Virus record (IMG/VR): IMGVR_UViG_3300001589_005208
Source: an uncultured virus (IMG/VR IMGVR_UViG_3300001589_005208)
Lineage: Duplodnaviria > Heunggongvirae > Uroviricota > Caudoviricetes
Direction: 5' to 3' (one strand)
DNA: 64,000 nucleotides
The first letter of the stretch is position 1. Each line of letters begins with the position of its first letter. The notes below the pieces were generated by a model that saw only the letters and a list, made by a program, of their open reading frames with translations, was not told the origin of the DNA and did not search any database. Below, piece by piece: positions 47,503 to 55,564 of the stretch. The position numbers were made by a program, and so were the translations under genes.

Positions 47503-48830
47503 TGATTTCAATATCGAGATTACAAAACGATATTGAAATACATGATTGCACTAACGAACGTATCTACAGTAAAGATGAGCTAACTTGTCTTGCTGGAGGA
47601 TATCAGTGTTTCTTTGAGAGTCAAAAACTTAAAAGAGGCGATCGTATTTCATTGTGTCTGCAAGAAGACATACATCATTTAGCAGTAGTGTTTGCTTCTA
47701 TTGACTACGGACTTGTTCCTGTTATTAGCGGCGATCACTACATTGATGACGAGTACTGTGCAAGGAGCAATATTAAAATTGTTTTAACTCGTGGAATACA
47801 ACCTGTAATTGTAGAAACTGTTAATGTTCCTCATATTGAATTAGATGGCAATATTAAACCATCAAAACTTTATCGTGTTAACCACAATGATATTATACTA
47901 GAATCGTTTACTAGTGGTACAACAGGGCATTCTAAAACAGTAAAACATACACACGAAAGTATTACTTGTGCTTCAAACGATAGTATCAAGCACTACTGGA
48001 AAGAAGCAAAAGTAAGTTGGTTTTATCATAATATTGTACACTTAGGTGTTAGTACTGTGTATTTCTTTCCTGCGTTATTTTCTAGTAAAAAGGTCGTTTT
48101 GCCTCAGTTATGGGACACATATGACGTTGATACATTTAATAAACACAAGCCTGATACAATGCTATTGTTTCCGTCAAATTACGAGCAGTATGAAAATTTA
48201 AGCAAGTTAGATTTAAGTCATGTTAAGTATGTACTTACTGGCGGCTCAACGATTCCAAAAACATTTTGTGAAAAACTAATTAAACAAGGTGTTAGTGACG
48301 TTGTTGTAATATACGGGCTAACAGAATGTTTGCCTCCTATTATGCACAAGTTTATAAACAAACAAAATATTGCTGACTACAATCAACAAGATATGGGCGT
48401 AAACTGTGATGATACTGCCGAGTATAAAATTGATAGGCACGGTGAATTAGTGATTGTTAAAAGTAAACATTTAGCAACCCAAATCAATGATTCTAATGTG
48501 GATACATTAAATACAGGTGACCGTGTAAACACGGTTGGAAACAATTATTATTTTGAAAAACGTAATAAAGATTTTATAAGGATTAACGGAGAGTTAGTTA
48601 ATCCACAACAACTTGTTGACGAAAGTCAAGCAACAAAACTTGTGTTGTTTGGTACTTCTCAGACACATGTTGTAGTCTGTGTGAATGATGATTCAGTGAA
48701 TACTGATAGTTTGATCCAGAAATTAACAGGCCAGGGTATCAGTTATGATAAACTAATAGTACCCATAGAGCTTAATGTATTAGGAAAACCTGATATAGGA
48801 AAATTAAGGCACAAGTATGTTTCAAATTAA
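47502..48830 (+). CDS. Adenylate-forming (AMP-binding, ANL superfamily) enzyme
   Basis: FTSGTTGHSK (A3), TGGS, YGLTE (A5), NTGD (A7), R.KD.I.INGE.V.P (A8) and N.LGK.D (A10). Confidence 0.85.
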   Translation: MISISRLQNDIEIHDCTNERIYSKDELTCLAGGYQCFFESQKLKRGDRISLCLQEDIHHLAVVFASIDYGLVPVISGDHYIDDEYCARSNIKIVLTRGIQPVIVETVNVPHIELDGNIKPSKLYRVNHNDIILESFTSGTTGHSKTVKHTHESITCASNDSIKHYWKEAKVSWFYHNIVHLGVSTVYFFPALFSSKKVVLPQLWDTYDVDTFNKHKPDTMLLFPSNYEQYENLSKLDLSHVKYVLTGGSTIPKTFCEKLIKQGVSDVVVIYGLTECLPPIMHKFINKQNIADYNQQDMGVNCDDTAEYKIDRHGELVIVKSKHLATQINDSNVDTLNTGDRVNTVGNNYYFEKRNKDFIRINGELVNPQQLVDESQATKLVLFGTSQTHVVVCVNDDSVNTDSLIQKLTGQGISYDKLIVPIELNVLGKPDIGKLRHKYVSN

Positions 48831-49035
48831 AGCTCATCTTAACGAAGCTCGTAAAGGATACTTCCAGCATGGTAAGTTTGCTGTTGTGGCAGGCTTCGAT
48901 CTTATACTCACAGGTATAGTTAGTATTATACATGGTATACTTCCTAACGTTTTACCATTTTATGCAGAGAAAAAGGTTGACTATTACCACAAGAAGGCAT
49001 TACAATTACAGCAGTTAAGAAAACAAAAGAAATGA
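48817..49035 (+). CDS. Small hydrophobic hypothetical protein
   Basis: HL......YFQH..FA ... IIHG.LP pattern; operon position. Confidence 0.6.
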   Translation: MFQIKAHLNEARKGYFQHGKFAVVAGFDLILTGIVSIIHGILPNVLPFYAEKKVDYYHKKALQLQQLRKQKK

Positions 49036-49472
49036 GTTGGACTTACAAGGGTGATCCTATTGAGCAGTTACCAAGTGACATTGAAGGATTTGTTTACTTA
49101 ATAACCAACTTAAAAAGCAACAAAAAATACATTGGCAAAAAATTAGCAAAATTTAAAAAAACAAAACCACCTCTTAAAGGTAAGAAAAACAAAAGACGAA
49201 CCACAGTAGAAAGTGATTGGAGAGAATATTATGGATCTTCAGATCACTTACAGGCAGATGTAGCAGAGCTAGGCAGCAAGAACTTCACACGTGAAATACT
49301 TTATCTTTGTTCAAGTAGGGGCTTAATGAGTTACCTTGAAGCAAAGGAGCAGTTTGAAAGAGAAGTTCTTTTATCAGATGATTACTATAATGGCATTATA
49401 AACGTTCGCGTAGGCAGTAGCAAAATTCTCCACGAAGGCATTCAACAGTTCAAGAACAATCAACAATTATAG
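49032..49472 (+). CDS. Minimal GIY-YIG family nuclease-like protein (Seg-like)
   Basis: GFVYLITN....KYIGKK, ESDWREYYGSS, F.REIL, YLE..EQ and YYN. Confidence 0.8.
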   Translation: MSWTYKGDPIEQLPSDIEGFVYLITNLKSNKKYIGKKLAKFKKTKPPLKGKKNKRRTTVESDWREYYGSSDHLQADVAELGSKNFTREILYLCSSRGLMSYLEAKEQFEREVLLSDDYYNGIINVRVGSSKILHEGIQQFKNNQQL

Positions 49473-49489
49473 TTACAGTACTTAAGGTT

Positions 49490-49850
49490 AGCGGGCCAGT
49501 TTAAATTACCGCTGTGGAAAAAGTTTCCGTATAGGAACACACGCAACATACAGATCAACACACCAGAGTGTGGAAGCCATCAAACAAATTGGGCTCACCG
49601 GTTAGTATAGATTGAATTACTGTCAATCAAAAAACACAATATAGTTTGTAAAAACCCATGGCAACAGGAACGAAGCGTGGGGTAACATAGCAATATGTAT
49701 GTCGACGTAGGTTGGGTAAGGTCAGAGCCCATCAAACTTGTGTATAAAGAATACCTACTTCCAAGTCTCGGCTGGGTAATACTCGCATGAAGTCAAGATT
49801 AGATGGAACCCTTAAACAGGTTCCGTCTGACTGAAACGATCTGCATGAAG
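49490..49850 (+). ncRNA. Candidate large structured non-coding RNA (about 360 nt, pseudoknotted), family unassigned
   Basis: Lies in the longest ORF-free gap (49473-49956). At least eight complementary helices, including two crossing long-range ones, a GCAA tetraloop, and G-U pairs that favour the plus strand. Confidence 0.65.
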
Positions 49851-49852
49851 AC

Positions 49853-49880
49853 TTTAGTTATATAATCATTTAGTTATATA
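49853..49880. repeat. 12-bp direct repeat TTTAGTTATATA x2
   Basis: Copies at 49853-49864 and 49869-49880, followed by an AT-only run. Confidence 0.6.
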
Positions 49881-49897
49881 TTATTAATTAAGAAAAA

Positions 49898-49943
49898 AGC
49901 AATGAGTTTGAAAAACGAAATTGCTGATGAACTTTAGTTCATC
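49898..49943. terminator. Hairpins between convergent transcription units (terminator candidates)
   Basis: AGCAAT/ATTGCT (49898-49925) and GATGAAC-ttta-GTTCATC (49926-49943). Confidence 0.4.
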
Positions 49944-49956
49944 TTATAGTGTGATG

Positions 49957-50145
49957 CTATAGTAATGGCATTCCGCTTTTCTCTGTGTTCTTGATGTTTT
50001 CCGCAACGATATCGTAGACAATCTTCTGCTCTTTCTGATTGAGCATGAATGCCTGGTCCAGATTAATGCCACCACGCATATACCAAACTATCTTAAATAT
50101 ATTTTCTCTAATAGTGTCGGCTTCTGTGTCAAACTGCTTTAGCAT
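49957..50145 (-). CDS. gp51-like / tail-assembly-chaperone second ORF, probably reached by a -1 frameshift
   Basis: WYMRGG motif; the frame is open upstream to the slippery site at 50187-50193; no SD before the ATG. Confidence 0.65.
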   Translation of the reverse strand: MLKQFDTEADTIRENIFKIVWYMRGGINLDQAFMLNQKEQKIVYDIVAENIKNTEKSGMPLL

Positions 50146-50180
50146 CGATTCGATATCTTCGTTGCTAAGACTCAGAAGCC

Positions 50181-51044
50181 TTATGCGAAAAAATTTGAAT
50201 TGTCAAATACTATAGGTGTTTTATACTTTGTGTCACAACCTTCATTTTCGCAAGTTAATTCAAACTCTGCAAAACTGTTATTGATTCTTTCATTATCAAG
50301 ATGTTTTTGAATATTGTCAAACATCTTTCTATCAACTCCATGTACGAACTCATTGATGTGTGTAGGATTTGTTACTTCGGTACCATCAGCAGTAGTAATT
50401 TTATAAATTGTTTTAGCAATTAAGTCAACAGTGTGTACTGTGAGTTTTAAGAACGTATCGTTAAATAAATCTTGTTTTTGCTCATCAGTTGTTGTTTCAT
50501 CATTGACAATTCTCATAATTTTTGCTTCTTCAAATTGTCTTAGATTTTCAGTGTTCAAGTCTTTATATGATAACGGTTTAAATGTAATTGTTAAATCATT
50601 AATTTTTAACGTATTATTGAACACCCATTTGCCACTTTGATCAATTAAGTTTGCTAAGTCAATACCAAACTCATTTTGTGATTGACAAGTAGGGCAAGTA
50701 GCGGTAATATCCATTTGATTACCGTATGTTGCAATACGAATAGCAATTAATATAACATCCATATCTAAACTTGGTATGGACCACGGGTCTTTAATAGAAG
50801 GTACACAACTCTTAATAACTTCAACGGTACTGCTTCCGTTAAGTAGTGCATCTGGAGTTTTAAAGACTAACTCGTCTTTTGCAGTCATTGGAAATACACC
50901 TATCTCGCCATTTTGTGGAAGATCTAAGGCACCATGTGCATAGTAGTTTCCTTTGCTGGGTAGAGATACATATACTTCGGGTTTACGAAAATACCCGGTT
51001 AAGGGATTTTGATCCTGTTTTAAAGGATTCGCGTTTTCATCCAT
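50181..51044 (-). CDS. gp26: Baseplate hub assembly chaperone (gp26-like)
   Basis: LPSKG..Y, PMTAKDE, D.D.ILIAIR.ATYG, CPTC and C....C; ends NFFA; adjacent to the tape measure gene. Confidence 0.7.
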   Translation of the reverse strand: MDENANPLKQDQNPLTGYFRKPEVYVSLPSKGNYYAHGALDLPQNGEIGVFPMTAKDELVFKTPDALLNGSSTVEVIKSCVPSIKDPWSIPSLDMDVILIAIRIATYGNQMDITATCPTCQSQNEFGIDLANLIDQSGKWVFNNTLKINDLTITFKPLSYKDLNTENLRQFEEAKIMRIVNDETTTDEQKQDLFNDTFLKLTVHTVDLIAKTIYKITTADGTEVTNPTHINEFVHGVDRKMFDNIQKHLDNERINNSFAEFELTCENEGCDTKYKTPIVFDNSNFFA

Positions 51045-51055
51045 GTTTTGCTCCG

Positions 51056-51093
51056 ATAAATAAACATATGTACATTAGTACAATAGTATTTAT
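51056..51093. promoter_or_regulatory. Pair of late promoters (ATAAATA) on opposite strands
   Basis: Plus strand ATAAATA at 51056-51062; minus strand ATAAATA at 51087-51093. Confidence 0.55.
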
Positions 51094-51104
51094 CTGGGTA
51101 GATT

Positions 51105-53435
51105 ATGGCAGTTACAGTAGACATAGACGGTGGTAGAGTAGAAATCAGTGACGTAGCAACTGAGAAAACACTTGAACGATTAGTTAACTTAATGGAAAAA
51201 AGTGCAACTAACAAAGATCCTAGCAAAGCTGCAGAATTAAAAGCTCGTGTGGCAACCACACAACAATTGACAAAAGGAGTAGTCAAGTTAAAAGGACTAG
51301 CAAGTGCTGGTTCAGATGCCACTGATGCATTAGAAGATGCAGCCAAAAGTGCAAACACATTTGCAGCCAGAGGCAAAAAAATGCTGGACGCAGTACTTGG
51401 TGCTGGTAAAGGATTAATACAGTTTGGTGGAGAAGTTGCCGGAACTGGCATGAATATGAAGTCACTAGGTGACGCAGTAGACAAAAATGCTAGTCACTTT
51501 GGTGCTTTAGGTGCCGTTTTTGGTGCAGCCGCAGGTGCTATAGTAGGACACAGTGCAAACTTAATTGACACATTTGATGGATTAAGTTCAACCGGTGCAA
51601 CATTTACAAATAACTTATTTGATCTTGAAAGAGTAGCGGCTAACAGTTATTTGTCATTAGAACAAATGACAGGTATGTTACGACAAAACAGTGAAAGTTT
51701 AGCAGTATTTGGTGGTAGTGCAAGATTAGGTGCAAAACGTTTTACTGAAATGAATCGTGTTGTACAAGACACTTATCGTACAGACTTTGCTATGTTGGGT
51801 ATTAAGGCTAGTGAAAGTGCAGAACTGTTAGCACAGTTCACTGCAATGCAAGCCAGAAACACACAGTTTGCAACAATGGGTGTGCAACAACAAGCACAAG
51901 CCGGAGCCAATTTTGTAAAAGAAATACAAATGATGGCAAACTTAACTGGACAAGATCGTAAACAACTTGCTAGTAAAATGGCAAACGATAAACGTAGAGC
52001 AGATGTTGAACTACAATTGAGTCGTATGACTGGTGAAGCATCCAAAGGTGCCAGAGCTGCATTTGCAACAATGGGTACACAGTTTGGTGAAAGCTCGCCA
52101 ATAATGGACGCACTAAGAACTAGTTTCTTAGGATTACCGGCAGCGGCAACTACTGCTGGAAACATGTTACTACAAGACGGTAATATGGGTCCTGTTATTG
52201 CAAAGATTACTGCCGGGTTAAAAGATGGCACAGTGAGTATGACTGACATCCAAAAAGAATTAGCCGGAGTTAGTACTAAGTTTATCGATGCAAATAAAGG
52301 AATGGAAGGCATTGCACAATATAGTGAAATTGCAATGGCGTTTACAGAAGTATCGGCTGCATTATTAAATGCACAAAAGCAAAGATTAGTAGTTGAAAAA
52401 GATTTTAACGGAGACTATGACAAGTTTGTTGCAGCTCAAAAAACACAACTAGACGAAAATAGTAAGAACATGAAGAATGTTGACTTNCTATCACAAGAAA
52501 TTGGTAAAACTGTAAGATTAGGTTTTAATAGTGTAACAGAGTCAGCAGTAGGCGTTATGTCAGATGGTGTTAAAGCCTTAAAAACTCTTGTTGCTGGTAT
52601 GCCAACATCAATGGACGAATTTAGTACTGCACTTGGAGATGCTAGTAAGCCAGCATCAGCAACAGGTGCCGCTATGGGATTGCAAAAAGGACTTGCGTCA
52701 GCAAAAAATCAGTTGGGTTTTTTTAAAAAAGCATTAGAAAGTATAGGAATTGGTGGTGGTGCTTCAGCAACTACTAAAGGAACAAGTTCTATTGCAGAAG
52801 GTGTAATAAAAGGAGCCACAGAATCAGACAAGGTAGCAAAAGCAGCCGGCCAATCAACTACTATGCTTAGTAAAGCATCTGGATTGTTAGGCAAGATTCT
52901 TCCAAGAATTCCTATTATAGGTTCAGCACTTTCGGGTGGTGTAACATATGCAACAAGTGAGCAAGAAACACAAGTTGGTAAACTCAGTGAAGGTATTGGT
53001 TCAGGACTTGGATCATTTGGCGGTGCAGCCGGCGGAGCGGCAACAGGTGCATTAATAGGAAGTGCAGTTCCAATTATTGGAACTTTAATTGGTGGAATAA
53101 TAGGCGGTATTGCTGGCGGTATTGGCGGAGATATGCTTGGTAAATCTGTAGGAGGTAAGTTAGCAAACTTCTTTGGATTTGCAGATGGCGGAATTGTTAC
53201 ACAACCAGTTTACAATGCTGCAATCGGTGAAAAACCAGGAACACAAGAAGGTGTTTTTCCTTTACCTGCAAACTTTGACAAAGAGACAGCCTTTGACAGA
53301 AGCGGTGAGAAAGCAATGGCTCAAGCGGCACAACAGATAGCAAAAGCAGTAACTAACTTTGATAACTCTGAAATGTTACAAGAGATGAGAAAATTTAATA
53401 AAAATATTAAAGTAGTCGGAGATAGACTAGCATAA
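51105..53435 (+). CDS. Tape-measure-like protein
   Basis: 776 aa, A/G-rich and helical, with C-terminal glycine zippers and FADGGIVT.P....IGE.PG.QE.V.PL. Confidence 0.7.
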   Translation: MAVTVDIDGGRVEISDVATEKTLERLVNLMEKSATNKDPSKAAELKARVATTQQLTKGVVKLKGLASAGSDATDALEDAAKSANTFAARGKKMLDAVLGAGKGLIQFGGEVAGTGMNMKSLGDAVDKNASHFGALGAVFGAAAGAIVGHSANLIDTFDGLSSTGATFTNNLFDLERVAANSYLSLEQMTGMLRQNSESLAVFGGSARLGAKRFTEMNRVVQDTYRTDFAMLGIKASESAELLAQFTAMQARNTQFATMGVQQQAQAGANFVKEIQMMANLTGQDRKQLASKMANDKRRADVELQLSRMTGEASKGARAAFATMGTQFGESSPIMDALRTSFLGLPAAATTAGNMLLQDGNMGPVIAKITAGLKDGTVSMTDIQKELAGVSTKFIDANKGMEGIAQYSEIAMAFTEVSAALLNAQKQRLVVEKDFNGDYDKFVAAQKTQLDENSKNMKNVDXLSQEIGKTVRLGFNSVTESAVGVMSDGVKALKTLVAGMPTSMDEFSTALGDASKPASATGAAMGLQKGLASAKNQLGFFKKALESIGIGGGASATTKGTSSIAEGVIKGATESDKVAKAAGQSTTMLSKASGLLGKILPRIPIIGSALSGGVTYATSEQETQVGKLSEGIGSGLGSFGGAAGGAATGALIGSAVPIIGTLIGGIIGGIAGGIGGDMLGKSVGGKLANFFGFADGGIVTQPVYNAAIGEKPGTQEGVFPLPANFDKETAFDRSGEKAMAQAAQQIAKAVTNFDNSEMLQEMRKFNKNIKVVGDRLA

Positions 53436-53438
53436 CGG

Positions 53439-53467
53439 TTGCAATAAATACAATAGTATGCTATTAT
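53439..53467 (+). promoter_or_regulatory. Overlapping sigma70-like and late promoter candidates for the portal gene
   Basis: TTGCAA-N17-TATTAT with a TGn extension; TAAATA at 53445-53450 lies in the spacer. Confidence 0.45.
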
Positions 53468-53501
53468 AATAGTTACAACCCACGTATTGGAAGAAATATA
53501 A

Positions 53502-55205
53502 ATGAGCTGGAAAAAGTATTTTAAAGTAGTAAATGCAGACAACATGACAGGTTCTGTTACTGCTCCTATAGGCACTCAGCCTGATGTAGGATTTAAAAAT
53601 TATCAAAGTGTACTACCAGAAGTGTACACAGGACATCCTAATCGTATTGATAGGTACAATCAGTATGAAACAATGGATAGCGACAGTGAAATCAATGCCG
53701 CATTAGATATATTAAGTGAATTTAGTACACAATCAAATGTAGAGAATCATACACCGTTTGATATATTTTTTAAAAGTCAACCGAGTGATACTGAAACGCA
53801 GGTATTAAGAGAAGCATTATATAACTGGATTAGTTTAAATGACTTTGACAGACGTATTTTTAAAGTATTTCGTAATACTATTAAGTATGGAGATCAAGTG
53901 TTTATTCGTGATCCACAAACCTTTCAATGGTTTTGGGTAGACAACGCAGACGTTGTAAAAGTTATTGTAAACGAAAGTGCTGGAAAGAAACCAGAGCAGT
54001 ACATACTAAAAAACATCAATGTTAACTTTCAAAACTTAACAACTACACAACCGCAACATTCAGATCAAATGACTGGAAAAATGAGCGGAGATCAAAGTGC
54101 AGGCAATGTTTATGATTTAGGACAACATCAAGGATCATCAAGTAGTGGTTCACGTTTTAGTAATAGTACAAATGAATTGGCTATTGATGCAAAACACGTT
54201 GTACATATTAGTTTAACAGAAGGATTAGATCCTAACTGGCCTTTTGGACTTAGTGTTTTAGAAAGTGTATTTAAAGTATACAAACAAAAAGAATTATTAG
54301 AAGATGCGATTATTATTTACAGAGTACAACGTGCTCCTGAAAGACGTGTTTTTTATATTGACGTAGGTAACATGCCAGCACACATGGCAATGGGCTATGT
54401 TAACAGAGTTAAGAATGAAATACATCAAAGACGTATTCCAAGTCAAAGCGGTGGTGCTAATACAATGGATGCAACATATAATCCATTAAGTATTAACGAA
54501 GACTACTTCTTTCCACAAACTGCTGAAGGACGTGGATCAAAAGTTGATACATTACCAGGTGGTACAGGACTTGGTGAAATTGATGACTTAAAATATTTTA
54601 CTAATAAGTTATTTAGAGGATTAAGAATTCCAAGTAGTTATTTGCCAACTGGTGCAGATGACGGAAGTTCAACAGTAGTTGACGGTAGAGTTGGAACTGC
54701 ATTAATTCAAGAATACAGATTTAATCAATATTGTAAAAGATTGCAACATAGTGTAGCAAGTACGTTTGATTTTGAATTTAAGATGTTCCTTAATTGGAAA
54801 GGTTACAATATAGATAGTAGCATGTTTGAGCTTAGAATGAATGAGCCTCAAAACTTTGCCGCTTATAGACAAGCAGAAATTGATAGTCAACGTGCTTCGT
54901 TGTTTACAAGTCTATCACAGACCGAGTATCTAAGTAAACGTTTCTTACTTAAACGTTTCTTAGGATTAAGTGAAGAAGAGATAACTGACAACGATAGAAT
55001 GTGGGCTGAAGAAAATGGTGCATCTAATATAGGTAGCACTTCTGGACAAGAACTTAGAAGTGTAGGTGTCACACCAGGTGATATTAACACTGATTTTGAT
55101 TCACTTGAAACAGGTGATGATGCAGACATCGGCGGCGACGATGTAGACTTAGACTTAGATGTAGGTGGAGACGCTCTACCGGCAGATGATGCTGCAGATG
55201 AGTAA
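53502..55205 (+). CDS. gp20: Portal vertex protein
   Basis: LLEDAIIIYRVQRAPERRVFYIDVGNMP, EDYFFP, TLPGG..LGEIDD..YF..KL.RGLRIP.S. Confidence 0.95.
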   Translation: MSWKKYFKVVNADNMTGSVTAPIGTQPDVGFKNYQSVLPEVYTGHPNRIDRYNQYETMDSDSEINAALDILSEFSTQSNVENHTPFDIFFKSQPSDTETQVLREALYNWISLNDFDRRIFKVFRNTIKYGDQVFIRDPQTFQWFWVDNADVVKVIVNESAGKKPEQYILKNINVNFQNLTTTQPQHSDQMTGKMSGDQSAGNVYDLGQHQGSSSSGSRFSNSTNELAIDAKHVVHISLTEGLDPNWPFGLSVLESVFKVYKQKELLEDAIIIYRVQRAPERRVFYIDVGNMPAHMAMGYVNRVKNEIHQRRIPSQSGGANTMDATYNPLSINEDYFFPQTAEGRGSKVDTLPGGTGLGEIDDLKYFTNKLFRGLRIPSSYLPTGADDGSSTVVDGRVGTALIQEYRFNQYCKRLQHSVASTFDFEFKMFLNWKGYNIDSSMFELRMNEPQNFAAYRQAEIDSQRASLFTSLSQTEYLSKRFLLKRFLGLSEEEITDNDRMWAEENGASNIGSTSGQELRSVGVTPGDINTDFDSLETGDDADIGGDDVDLDLDVGGDALPADDAADE

Positions 55206-55208
55206 AGG

Positions 55209-55214
55209 TAAATA
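55209..55214 (+). promoter_or_regulatory. Late promoter candidate (TAAATA), 5 nt before the ATG at 55220
   Basis: GTAAATA-ctaac-ATG. Confidence 0.5.
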
Positions 55215-55219
55215 CTAAC

Positions 55220-55426
55220 ATGGAACTAGATGATCTTTTTAAAAAGAATAGACAAGACGGCGAAAGCGATAATAGTACACTACAACTAAGTGATACTCGT
55301 AAATCCCGTTTGACCTTAGAGCAAATCAATAAAATGCGTCGTATTCGCGAAGCAAAGAAAATTGAAGAATACGAGAAGCTCAAACGTATAAAATTACAAT
55401 ATGGCGGCAGTGGCGGGTCAGAATAG
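55220..55426 (+). CDS. Small head-module protein (68 aa)
   Basis: DTRK.RLTLEQINKMR..RE motif; lies between the portal and core genes. Confidence 0.65.
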   Translation: MELDDLFKKNRQDGESDNSTLQLSDTRKSRLTLEQINKMRRIREAKKIEEYEKLKRIKLQYGGSGGSE

Positions 55427-55564
55427 TTTAGTTTTAGTTCAAGTTATAGTTATCCCGATATAAATGTCAAAAAGTGCTACTTTTTTGCCTTTATACCTAC
55501 CTTTATTGAAAACATAAGTAAATATTACTACCATAATAAAACATATCCTAATAGGAGTCTGAAA

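Noticed and set aside
49032..49472. Classical mobile homing endonuclease
   Set aside because: No C-terminal DNA-binding domain or intron context is seen, so it is called only a GIY-YIG-like protein.
49473..49956. Group I/II intron, RNase P RNA, tmRNA, tRNA or CRISPR array in the gap
   Set aside because: No interrupted host gene and none of the hallmark consensus sequences recognised; no tRNA cloverleaf; repeats occur only twice and are 8-12 bp.
55467..55487. AAAAAGT-gct-ACTTTTT as a terminator
   Set aside because: The stem is almost all A-T and too weak to support a call.
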